From Ignavibacteriaceae bacterium (GTDB lineage: Bacteria; Bacteroidota; Ignavibacteria; Ignavibacteriales; Ignavibacteriaceae), in contig JBJKQE010000063.1 in assembly GCA_046705645.1 (NCBI GenBank), positions 12,486-76,485 on the forward strand: a stretch of 64,000 nucleotides of DNA, read 5' to 3'. Shown piece after piece: positions 45,305 through 55,500 of the stretch (position 1 is the stretch's first letter; each line of letters begins with the position of its first letter). The notes beneath the pieces are model-generated. The model saw nothing but the letters and a program-made list of their open reading frames with translations. It did not search any database and was not told the DNA's origin. A program made the translations under genes and the position numbers.

Positions 45305-46939
45305 TTAATAGCCGGGATTTTGAATCAAGTTTGGATTAGCATTTACATCCTGCGATGGAATCGGGTATAAATTCCTATAAGAAGCAGTTTGGGTTCCCTG
45401 CTCTGTATTACCTTTCCATTCCCAAACATAAGATCCGTTTGTAAATTGTCCAAAACGAATTAAATCTGTTCTTCTGTGAGCTTCCCAATATAACTCCCTG
45501 CCTCGTTCATCAAGGATAAAAGGCAATGTTAAATCAGCATCAGTAATATCTCCAGAATTATCGCCGTAAGCGCGTTCTCTTAAGGCATTAATGTAGCCAA
45601 CGGCAGTTGCTCTATCACCGCCTGCACCGCCTCTAAGTACAGCTTCAGCATAAATTAAATATGCTTCACCTAAACGGAACATCGGGAAGTCAGTACTGGC
45701 AAAACTATTATTAGCATCTGGTGCAGGGCTGCCATTTGCAGATAAATCAGACCATTTGGTTACACCAATTCCCTGGGTAAATGTCCCCATATCGGTTATG
45801 TCCCATACCCAGCCGTTATTACCATCAAAAAAGAACATTGCTCTCTTATCAGGTCCTTGATACTGAGGGTTTGAACTAAAATCGTTTTGAGTTATATTAA
45901 ATAAAGCAACAAAATCTTTAATGGTTCTCATACCGCCCCAGCTCCCTAGTCCGCGTAACGGCATGGTGCTTCCCCCTTCTGAACCGCATACCAAAAAAGT
46001 AGTTCCGCCCCATGTTTGTGTATGTGTTCCATCAAAGTTTATAGAAAAAACTGTTTCAGGACTCGTATTATTATCAGCAGAGAATAAATGTGCATAATTT
46101 GGATCGAGAGTATATCCGGCAGAAATAACTTTATTAATATATGTGAGACAATCCGTATATCTTGGAGTGCCAGTATAAACTTGTGCATTCAAATATAACT
46201 CTGCAAGTAAAAACCAATCACATGCTTTATCTGCCCTACCATATTCGTTTTGTCTGGCATCAACAAGGTCAGGTTCAATGGCTATAAGTTCGCTTTCAAT
46301 ATATTTGAAAAGATCGGGGCGGGTAATTCTTTGGGGGAAAAACGCGCCCGGCATATCATTTTCGGTAACAAAAGGAACATTTCCGAATAAATCAAGCGCA
46401 TGCCAATATGCAAGTGCACGAACATAACGGGCTTCTGCCTTATAGTGTGTGAGATCATTAAGAAATGTACCTGAAGCAGAACCCATTGCACTGTTTGCAT
46501 TACGAACAAATTCATTACATAGTGAAATTGTAAAATAAATTCTTGAGTAAATTGCCATCAAAAATACATCATTTGGAGACCATGTTTGCCAATGGAAGTT
46601 TTTAATTGTTGCATCGTTCCATGCTATAACAGCTTCATCGGTTGGGAGCTCCTGCACATCCCAATATGTACGGAGGTAACTGCTGAATCCTTCATCTATA
46701 CCTTGAAGGTCTGCATTACCTGCGCCGCCTTGCATTCCAGTAAGTGAAAAACCGGCATAAATCTTTGCTAGTGCTTCTTTGTATGCAATTTGATTTTTAA
46801 ACACATTATTTGCCGTACTAGTGTTTGGATCAATTGGCTCTACATTCAAATCCTTCACACAGGAGGTAAACATAAACGACGCAAATAACATTACTATTGT
46901 TAAAAGTGTAAATTTTTTCTTATTCATTTTCATCGTCAT
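45305..46939 (-). CDS. susD: SusD/RagB-family nutrient-binding lipoprotein
   Basis: Lipobox FTSC, typical SusD helices (YARALAYWHALDLFGNVPF, RAYLIYAEA-like segments), and position directly after susC. Confidence 0.9.
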   Translation of the reverse strand: MTMKMNKKKFTLLTIVMLFASFMFTSCVKDLNVEPIDPNTSTANNVFKNQIAYKEALAKIYAGFSLTGMQGGAGNADLQGIDEGFSSYLRTYWDVQELPTDEAVIAWNDATIKNFHWQTWSPNDVFLMAIYSRIYFTISLCNEFVRNANSAMGSASGTFLNDLTHYKAEARYVRALAYWHALDLFGNVPFVTENDMPGAFFPQRITRPDLFKYIESELIAIEPDLVDARQNEYGRADKACDWFLLAELYLNAQVYTGTPRYTDCLTYINKVISAGYTLDPNYAHLFSADNNTSPETVFSINFDGTHTQTWGGTTFLVCGSEGGSTMPLRGLGSWGGMRTIKDFVALFNITQNDFSSNPQYQGPDKRAMFFFDGNNGWVWDITDMGTFTQGIGVTKWSDLSANGSPAPDANNSFASTDFPMFRLGEAYLIYAEAVLRGGAGGDRATAVGYINALRERAYGDNSGDITDADLTLPFILDERGRELYWEAHRRTDLIRFGQFTNGSYVWEWKGNTEQGTQTASYRNLYPIPSQDVNANPNLIQNPGY

Positions 46940-46954
46940 TTTCCTTCTTAAATA

Positions 46955-49900
46955 TTAATAATTAAGACTAAGAGACATCATAAATGTGCGTGGTCTAGGA
47001 TATATATTGTTATCAATTCCACCTGCAACTTCTGGGTCTAATCCGGAATATTTTGTTATTGTAAATACATTCTGAACTGATATTCCAATCCGACCGCCAA
47101 TATCATTACCCAGAAGAGATTTGAAATTATAACCAAGGCTAATATAATCTAATTTAAAGAAGGAAGCATTCTCTAAATATACACTGGACCAATACTGTGC
47201 ATAATTAAAGCCCGTTTTAGTAACATCTGTTAAAATATTTGCAGTATAACCACTTGAGTTATAAAGCTGCTGGTACAATGCATAATTTGAAGCGTTGTTA
47301 TTATATACATAATTACCTAAGCTCAATCTGCCCGAGAAACTAAAATCAAAGTTAAGGTAATTGATTTTAGAAGATATACCCAGCAGATATTTCGGACTTG
47401 CAGATTTCATTGCATATTTATTTAAATCATTACCTGCTACGCTTCCGCCTTGACCGCTTTTATCTACATATAATCCCTCAATTGGTTTGCCGTTTGCGTC
47501 GTATACCTGTTCGAATAGGAAGAATGTATTTGCCGCGTATCCAACCTGGTACTTTTGTACATAATTCCCTACACCGCCGGAAATGAGACCTGTATTAACC
47601 CCGGGATATGTCGGATCGTCAGATAAGGTTAATTTTGTTATTTTATTTTCATTATAAGTCAAGTTTGTACTGAATTCCCAAGAAAAATCTTTTTCCAATA
47701 TTGGGGTAACATCTAAATTAACTTCCACACCTTTATTTTCCATGGAACCAACGTTCGTAAGCAGATAATTAGAGAAGTTACTTCCAACCGGAATAGGAAC
47801 GGTATTCAACAAATTATCGGAAGTATTATTGTAAACATCGATCGATCCGGATATTCTGCTATTCAATATTGTAAAGTCTAAACCAACGTTTCGAGATGTT
47901 AAAGTTTCCCATTTCAAATTTGCATCATAAGCATTCGGGCGAAGCGTTGGATAAAAGTTGTTTCCGAATTGATAATAAGCACCGGTAGAGCTGATTGTAT
48001 ATGTTGGAATATAAGGATAGTAGTTATTTCCCACATCTTGTTGGCCAGTTTTTCCCCAACTTAACCTAAGTTTAAGTTCATTCAAAAAATTGGATTTGGG
48101 CATAAAAGATTCTTCGTTTATTTTCCATGCAACTGCAACCGCAGGGAACAAACCCCAGCGATTATCTTTGGAAAATCTCGAAGAACCGTCATCTCTTAAT
48201 GTAAAAGTCAATAAGTACTTATTAAATGCCGAATAGTTTAATCTGCCGAAAAATGAAATTAAATAGTATTCATTTTTAAATGGAATTATTGACCCCGTAG
48301 TATCGGTTGGATCCCATGCTCTGTTTGCATTTAAACCTTCATTATAAAAGCGCTGGTACGAATATCCGCCTGTAAGATCAATGTTATTAAATCCAAATCC
48401 TTTAGTATAATTCAAATAAAAATCCAATAATCTGTTTATTTTTGTTTGAGTATAGTCTTGGATTTGTAAATTTACCTGTCTCTGCTGCCATGCTGCGTTT
48501 GAATCGGCAACATTGCTTCCATTTGTTTTATAAAAATCGTAGCCTAAATTTAAAGTAGCTTTCAAATCCGGCAGATAAGGAATTTTATAGTCAAATTTAC
48601 CATCGACTAAAAATCTCTTTGCATCTGATGTATTGTTATCTTGTTGCAGAAGAGCAACCGGATTTGCAGTAGCGATATAGTTTGGCGCATGAGTTCCGGA
48701 TGAAGGGTCAGCCCAATATGTATATCCTCCATATCTTGAATTACCACTCATTATCGGTTGAGTAGGATCAAATGCTAGAGCTGCGCCTACGGCACCTGAA
48801 TTTGAAAAGTTATTGCTGATCCAAGAAGCAGAACCATTAAGATCTATGTTCAAATCACCATTTAATAATGTTGGATTTACTGCAAGATTTAAATTCTTTC
48901 TATCAATATTATTGTACTTTAGAATTCCACCATTATACAAATAATCAAACGATAATCGGTATGGAACTGAAGCAATGGCATGGCTGATACTAATGTTATG
49001 TTCGGTAGTTGGTGCAGTTTGATATATTTGTTTCTGCCAATCCGTATTTACATTACCCAATATTGACATAGCATTTTGATCAAGACCATAGTTTGCTACT
49101 CTATCGGCGATTAAAGCTCTATAAGCATCACCACTGAAAACGTTTAAATACTTTATATTGGTTGCCAAAGAGAAGCTACCATTATAACTAATTTTCATTT
49201 TTTCGCCTGGTACGACCGATCCCCTTTTAGTTTTTATAATAATAACACCGTTTGATGCTCTTGAGCCATAGATTGCTGTTGCGGAAGCATCTTTCAAAAT
49301 TGTAATAGATTCAATATCATTGGGATTAAGTGTTGAAAGAGGATTTGCCATGCCCGATATTCCGGAAGTTTCCAACGGAATATTATCAAGTACAATTAAA
49401 GGATCGTTATTACCTGTTATTGACGCGCCCCCACGAATACGTATCTGTGTACCGGCACCTGCTTCACCGCTAAGCGAATTAACTACAACACCAGCAGCTT
49501 TACCAACTAGTAAATCTTGGGGAGACGTAATTGCTCCTTGTGCAAAATCCTTTGCAGAAATAGCCTCAACAGAACCGGTAGCATCGGATTTTTTAATTTT
49601 TCCATATCCAATACCAACTACCTCAACTGTTTTAAGCTGTTGGGCCATAGGTTTTAATGTAATATTCAAATAAGTTTGACTTACAATTCCAATTTCCTGT
49701 TTTAAGTAACCGACACTTGACACTACTATAGTGTCTCCTTTATTTACTTGTAATCTGAATTCACCATCAATATCTGTAGCCGTCCCCTTTGTAGTACCTT
49801 TCACTATAATGTTAGTGAAAGCTAATGCAGTTCCATCGTCCGCACTTGTAACTTTTCCGCGTATCTCCATTTCCTGCGCAAAAAGTAAAGATCCTGCTTG

Positions 49901-49960
49901 CATTATCAAAAACACAAAAACAAAAAGTATTTTAATACTTGTACCGTAACTATTGTGCAT
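46955..49960 (-). CDS. susC: SusC-type TonB-dependent outer-membrane transporter
   Basis: CarboxypepD_reg N-domain IRGKVTSADDGTALAFTNIIVKGTTKGTATDIDGEF, plug region (ASATAIYGSRASNGVIIIKTKRG) and the C-terminal beta-barrel ending in SLNY. ATG 49960 (signal peptide) is preferred over the track start 50068. Confidence 0.9.
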   Translation of the reverse strand: MHNSYGTSIKILFVFVFLIMQAGSLLFAQEMEIRGKVTSADDGTALAFTNIIVKGTTKGTATDIDGEFRLQVNKGDTIVVSSVGYLKQEIGIVSQTYLNITLKPMAQQLKTVEVVGIGYGKIKKSDATGSVEAISAKDFAQGAITSPQDLLVGKAAGVVVNSLSGEAGAGTQIRIRGGASITGNNDPLIVLDNIPLETSGISGMANPLSTLNPNDIESITILKDASATAIYGSRASNGVIIIKTKRGSVVPGEKMKISYNGSFSLATNIKYLNVFSGDAYRALIADRVANYGLDQNAMSILGNVNTDWQKQIYQTAPTTEHNISISHAIASVPYRLSFDYLYNGGILKYNNIDRKNLNLAVNPTLLNGDLNIDLNGSASWISNNFSNSGAVGAALAFDPTQPIMSGNSRYGGYTYWADPSSGTHAPNYIATANPVALLQQDNNTSDAKRFLVDGKFDYKIPYLPDLKATLNLGYDFYKTNGSNVADSNAAWQQRQVNLQIQDYTQTKINRLLDFYLNYTKGFGFNNIDLTGGYSYQRFYNEGLNANRAWDPTDTTGSIIPFKNEYYLISFFGRLNYSAFNKYLLTFTLRDDGSSRFSKDNRWGLFPAVAVAWKINEESFMPKSNFLNELKLRLSWGKTGQQDVGNNYYPYIPTYTISSTGAYYQFGNNFYPTLRPNAYDANLKWETLTSRNVGLDFTILNSRISGSIDVYNNTSDNLLNTVPIPVGSNFSNYLLTNVGSMENKGVEVNLDVTPILEKDFSWEFSTNLTYNENKITKLTLSDDPTYPGVNTGLISGGVGNYVQKYQVGYAANTFFLFEQVYDANGKPIEGLYVDKSGQGGSVAGNDLNKYAMKSASPKYLLGISSKINYLNFDFSFSGRLSLGNYVYNNNASNYALYQQLYNSSGYTANILTDVTKTGFNYAQYWSSVYLENASFFKLDYISLGYNFKSLLGNDIGGRIGISVQNVFTITKYSGLDPEVAGGIDNNIYPRPRTFMMSLSLNY

Positions 49961-50660
49961 TTTTGATTTAGCGGATAATATTGGAACACTATTAACCGTT
50001 AAACTTAAAAGGCTCATTATGTTGCTGAAAAAATTTGCCAATAAGTTTTGTTGTCTCAGTTTAACCATATTTTCCTCTTATTTATTTGATAAAATAATTA
50101 GTTAAAAATGTTTTTCTAAAATGTCAGTTTCTTCCATAGTAATTAACCGTAAAATTATAATTATTATTTATTGGGAAAATGGGTGTGAGTATAATAAAAA
50201 ATGGGATAATGTCTTTAAACAGAGTAAGGTTCCAGGCTGCTGCATCTATAATCTTCCAGACAATATTCCCCAATTGTGAAATAATATATAATGTAACGAG
50301 TTGTAATATCAGTAATGTAAAAATAAATTGTAACAAAAATCCCATTAATACCTCTTAGATAAATTAATTTTGTTTTTTATCATTTATAAAAACTCTAAAC
50401 TCATAATTAAGGTTTAATAGTGAAATGAAATCTGTAAAATACATTAACTCGGATAATACATTAATATTAGCGGATATTGGGAACATCTTGGAAATTGCCA
50501 TACTCATTTCTCTCACAAAAGTAAAAAATTTATCAAATCCAATTCAGCTAGTTTTTTCTAATATATCATTATATTTGCATATCTAAGTTATAATGCAATA
50601 AATAGAAAATATCGATAAAGACATTAAACAATTACTATTTGCAATTATTCTTAGAGTTAT

Positions 50661-50775
50661 AATCTATGCATTTAACAACCTATCGTCCACTACCTAAATG
50701 AAGGTATTTTATTTAAACCTTCTTTCAAATTACATTTTTATACTACCCGTTTAGAGGGGTTATTTTTAATAAAAT
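50661..50775. promoter_or_regulatory. Conserved non-coding block, copy 1 (downstream of response regulator 1, upstream of susC)
   Basis: Aligns by eye with 51668..51785. Shared boxes are cactac..aggtatttt and atactacc-nnn-ttagag-n-gg (B box, about 17 of 20 positions identical). Confidence 0.4.
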
Positions 50776-50867
50776 TTGATCCTTTTAAATTCTTTCTACA
50801 ATAGATTTTTCTTTGAGTAAATCATTCAACTCATTATAAAATATTTTAAAAATTTCAATTTTTCCTG

Positions 50868-50903
50868 AAATGAATCAGCCTCTATTTTAATGCTGATTCA
50901 TTT
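50868..50903 (-). terminator. 12-bp perfect hairpin about 30 nt downstream of response regulator 1 (no canonical U-tract)
   Basis: aaatgaatcagc-ctctattttaat-gctgattcattt. Confidence 0.4.
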
Positions 50904-50936
50904 TATAAAATTACTTTTGGACTTAATAATGAACTC

Positions 50937-51575
50937 TCAAATAAGTCCTTCTTTAATTGCTTTTGCAACCGCTTCTGATTGCGAATGCACATGAAGTTTT
51001 TTGTATATATTCCTGAAATGAAACCTTACTGTTTCTATGCTGATAAAAAGTGAATCAGCAATAACTTTAAAACTGTTTCCTTCAACGAGTCCGCTTAATA
51101 TCTCCTTTTCTCTCGGAGTTAATATCTGCTGTGAACCTTTGGGTGAGGCTTTATTCTTATGCTGGAAAAAATCTATTACCTTTCTTGCAATGTGGGAACT
51201 CATAGGCGAACCGCCTTTATATGCTTCTTGAATTGCTTCGAGCAGCTTTGAAGGCGGGGTTTTCTTAACTAAATAACCGCAGGCACCGGCACATAAAGCA
51301 TCAAATATATGATCATTTTCTTCGTATACGGTTAACACTAAAATTGTAAGATCCGGCAATATTTCTTTGGATTTTTTTATTCCTTCAATTCCATTCATCC
51401 CCGGCAGTCCGATATCCATTAATAAAACATCCGGATTCAATCTCTTTAAATTCTTCAGCATTAATTCGCATTTATTGTATGAAGCAAGACAGCGATAACC
51501 TTCGGTACCGTCTATTAGAATTTTAAGCCCTTCTCGTATAGTGTCATTATCTTCAACAACAACAACATTAATCAT
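50937..51575 (-). CDS. NarL/LuxR-family response regulator (paralog 1)
   Basis: The receiver domain reads VVVVEDND...LMDIGLPGMNGIEG...LVLTVYEEND. The C-terminal LuxR HTH reads LTPREKEILSGLVEGNSFKVIADSLFISIETVRFHFRNIYKKLHV. Confidence 0.9.
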   Translation of the reverse strand: MINVVVVEDNDTIREGLKILIDGTEGYRCLASYNKCELMLKNLKRLNPDVLLMDIGLPGMNGIEGIKKSKEILPDLTILVLTVYEENDHIFDALCAGACGYLVKKTPPSKLLEAIQEAYKGGSPMSSHIARKVIDFFQHKNKASPKGSQQILTPREKEILSGLVEGNSFKVIADSLFISIETVRFHFRNIYKKLHVHSQSEAVAKAIKEGLI

Positions 51576-51667
51576 TCTTTTTCTTCACCAGAAGATTAAT
51601 TAAAAAATAGATTTATTTTATTTATTTGAAATCGAATTTTACTCCAATTTAGATTCTAACAATTGTA

Positions 51668-51785
51668 AATCTATTACTATTTAATTAATCGCACTACTAC
51701 ACAATTATAGGTATTTTCAAGTAAATTAAATTTAATTTATATGATAATACTACCTAATTAGAGTGGATTTAAATGAATTGTTAAT
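51668..51785. promoter_or_regulatory. Conserved non-coding block, copy 2 (between the two response-regulator paralogs)
   Basis: See 50661..50775. The box order and the ~55-bp spacing between boxes are the same. Confidence 0.4.
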
Positions 51786-51811
51786 TCTTCGAATTTAATA
51801 TTGAATGGAAC

Positions 51812-52450
51812 CTAAATAATCCCTTCCTTAATTGCTTTTGCCACTGCTTCCGATTGCGAATGTACGTGAAGTTTTTTATAAATATTTCTGAAATGAAATC
51901 TTACGGTTTCTATACTTATAAACAAAGAATCCGCGATAGCTTTAAAGCTATTCCCTTCCACTAAACCGCCGAGAATTTCCTTTTCTCTGGGAGTTAATAT
52001 ATTTTGAGGTTTTTGAGGTGATAACTGTTTCTTTTGCTGAAAAAAGTCTATAACCTTTCTAGCAATACTTGCACTCATAGGCGCACCGCCCTGATAAGCT
52101 TCCTGAATAGCTTCAAGCAGCCGAGAAGGCGGGGTTTTTTTTACTAAATAACCGCATGCACCAGCACATAAAGCATCAAATACCAAATCGTTTTCTTCAT
52201 AAACCGTGAGAACCAAAATCGTGAGGTCGGGAAATATTAGTTTGGCTTTTTTAATTCCTTCAATTCCATTCATACCGGGGAGCCCGATATCCATTAACAT
52301 TACATCGGGATTTAACTTTTCCAGATTCTTTAACATTACATCACAACGAGAATAGACAGCAACACAGGAATATCCTTCCGTTCCGTCTATTAAAATTTTC
52401 AACCCTTCACGGATCGCATCATTATCCTCTACAACTACAACTTTTATCAT
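51812..52450 (-). CDS. NarL/LuxR-family response regulator (paralog 2)
   Basis: 212 aa from ATG 52450. About 33 mismatches to paralog 1 by manual count, and the HTH region is identical. Confidence 0.9.
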   Translation of the reverse strand: MIKVVVVEDNDAIREGLKILIDGTEGYSCVAVYSRCDVMLKNLEKLNPDVMLMDIGLPGMNGIEGIKKAKLIFPDLTILVLTVYEENDLVFDALCAGACGYLVKKTPPSRLLEAIQEAYQGGAPMSASIARKVIDFFQQKKQLSPQKPQNILTPREKEILGGLVEGNSFKAIADSLFISIETVRFHFRNIYKKLHVHSQSEAVAKAIKEGII

Positions 52451-52575
52451 CACTATCTCCAAACATTAAATTTTTTCTAACTCCCAAATCGCATTTTTAA
52501 GATCCACAACGGGCTATTTAAATTTAATAAGTCTATATAACTTATTAAAATCTACAGGATATATGAAAGCAGACT

Positions 52576-55500
52576 TCAAATAATATTCCCTACAAACACC
52601 AAAGTAGTACCTTCGCCTTTCTTGGAGATAATATCTACGGCTCCTCCTATAGCCTTTGCCCTTCTTTTAATATTATCTAACCCATTCCCGGGGAATTCTT
52701 CGTTTACATTAAAACCTATTCCGTTATCTTTTAAAATCATTTCCAATCTTTTCCCTTTAACAAAAGCATCCAACGATATTTCCGTACAGCTGCTATGTGT
52801 TATGCAATTATTAATTCCTTCCTTAAAAATCAGATATAAATGCTGGCGGTGCTCCATTGACAAAGAAACTTTTTCGAGAGGTTTAATATTTTCCGATCTG
52901 AAAGAAATGCTGGCATAAGAAGATAATTCGGTGTAAGTATCTCTTAGTCTCAATATAAGATCGTAAAGTGAATCTCTTTTAGGATTAACAAGCCATACAA
53001 TGTCGCTCATATTATCAATCAGGTTTCTGGAATTATTACTAATCATTTTGAGATTCCCTTTGATATCTTCAGCTGTGTTATTTAGTTTTTTTGAAATCAC
53101 TTCGCTCAATATAGAAATTTCAGTCAAGCTTGAACCAATATTGTCATGCAGGTCGGCGGCTAACTTAGTTCTAAATCTTTCAATGTCAAGAAGATGCTTT
53201 AGCCTGTACGAAATAAATAATATTATAAAACTTCCGCCGAATAACACTACCAACGATATAAACCACCATGTCTTCCAGAATGGTGGAAGAATCACTATTG
53301 TCAAAGATACTCCTTGTGTATTCCATACATCATCATTATTAGAACCTTTTACTTTGAATATGTATGTCCCCGGATCTAAATTAGTATAAGTTACAAAACG
53401 TCTATTCCCGGAATAGATCCAATTGTTATCGAAACCTTTCATCATATAAGCATATTGATTTTTATATGGAGATGTAAAATCAAGTGCAGCAAATTCAAAT
53501 GAAAAAACATTTTGGTTATACGATAATTCTATTTCTTTTGTATCAGAAATAGCTTTTTTAAGAGGAGAATCTTCAGCACCAATCTCAACCGGCTTATTGA
53601 AAATTTGAAAACTAGTAATAACAATCGGAGGGATATGTTTGTTATCCTTTAAACTTGAAGGGAAAAATGCATTCACTCCGTTTGTTCCGCCGAAAAATAA
53701 TTCACTATTTAAACCTTGATAACCTGCTCCCCAAAAGAACTGATTCCCCTGCAGCCCGTCGCTTTCAAAATAATTTCTAAAACCTTTTGTACTCGGATTA
53801 AATTTGGATAAACCGTTATCCGTACTTAACCATAAATTTCCCTCATTATCACCCAGAATACAATAAATAATATTACTTGTTAATTCATCTTTAACGGAAT
53901 ATCGAATGAATTGTGCATTTCCAAAGTTGGATTTATTTATTTGGTCAAGCGGAAGCTCATTTAGTCCGCCTCCGAAAGTTCCAAACCATAAATTCCCTTG
54001 TGCATCCTCATATACGGAAATAATCCGGTTATTACTTAAACTGAATTTATCATTCGGTCTATTTACGTAATGAATAAACTTAATAGTGGATTTAATATCC
54101 TCTGCCGAAACATTGCTTTTAACTATTATTTTATTTAATCCGTCCCATGTACCCACCCAAAGATTTCCGTTTTTATCTTCATGGATACATGATTGAACCA
54201 GATTATTACTAATACTGTTTGAATCTTTTGGATTATTAATAAAATTAATGAAACATTGTTTCTTTTCATCATATAAATTCAATCCGTAGTTTGTGCCAAC
54301 CCAAAGTCTTCCGTGTGAATCTTCATATACGGATTGAATAATGTTGTCACTTAAACTGGAAGAATCAGAATCTGTATGATTAAAATGTTTAAATTTTAAA
54401 TTATTTAAATTACCATCAGAAAAATTAGTGACTTCATTTAGACCGCCCCCCCATGTTCCGACCCAAAACTTTCCATTTTTTTCTCTTGATATTGCAGAAA
54501 CCGAATTATCACTAATACTGAATTGATCATTCGGATTGTGTTTGTAATGATAAAATTTATTTTTTGATTTATCATAAATGTTTAATCCCCCGCCCAGCGT
54601 ACCGATCCAAAGTATACCCGACTTTTCCTGATAAATTGCGCGGATTGTATTATAGCTTAGGCTATTGGAATTGCCCGGTTCATGTTTATAATGACGGAAT
54701 TTTAATCTTTCCCTATCAAACTTAACTATACCGTCCTCCGCAGTTCCTATCCAAATAAGTCCCGAATTATTTTCATATAATGAAAGGATATTGTTGTTGC
54801 TGAGATTAGTTGAGTTTTTAGAAAGCTGGTTATTATTAATAAAATTTCTTTTATTGTTGTCAAATCGAAAAAGACCGCTTCCGGTTCCTACCCAAACAAC
54901 GTTATATTTATCTTCAAGAATTGAATTTATTCTGCTGTTATTTAAATCCATACTATTGTTTGGCCCTGTTAAGTATCTGGTAAATTTATTTTCTTGTTCA
55001 TTAAATCTGTTTAAACCATTGAGAGTTCCGACCCATAAAATTCCGCTTCGATCGCGGTAAATAGAAAGGACTACATTATTGCTAAGACTGTTTGAATTGT
55101 TGGGGACATACCGGTAATGAGTAAATTTATTATTAAAGGTATCAAATTTATTTATTCCGTCGTTAGTGCCAATCCACAAAATACCGGAATTATCTGCATA
55201 AAGGGAAAGCACTTCGTTATTACTTAAGCTGTTTAAATTTTTAGGATCATGTTTAAATTGAGTGAAAATATTTTTCTTTATATTAAATTTGTCAAGCCCT
55301 CCCCCTTCCATACCAATCCATAAATTACCTGAATTGTCTTCGAGTATAGCCCTTACGTTATTATTGCTTAAGGAATTTGGAGTATTCGGTTTGTATCCGT
55401 AATTTATAAACTTTTCGGTTTGTGTATTGAATTTACTTAATCCACCGCTGTTTGTTCCTATCCATAAATTCCCGTATTTATCCTCATAAAGTGTCCATAT

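Noticed and set aside
50124-50345. 73-aa hydrophobic minus-strand ORF in the susC upstream spacer.
   Set aside because: No RBS and extremely AT-biased codons. It is plausibly promoter or leader DNA. A small membrane peptide cannot be excluded, but there is no positive evidence for one.
52622-55060. Plus-strand ORFs inside the propeller kinase gene (52622..52918, 53000..53389, 54791..55060).
   Set aside because: They are antisense shadows of a 1077-aa gene with clear repeats and kinase motifs.
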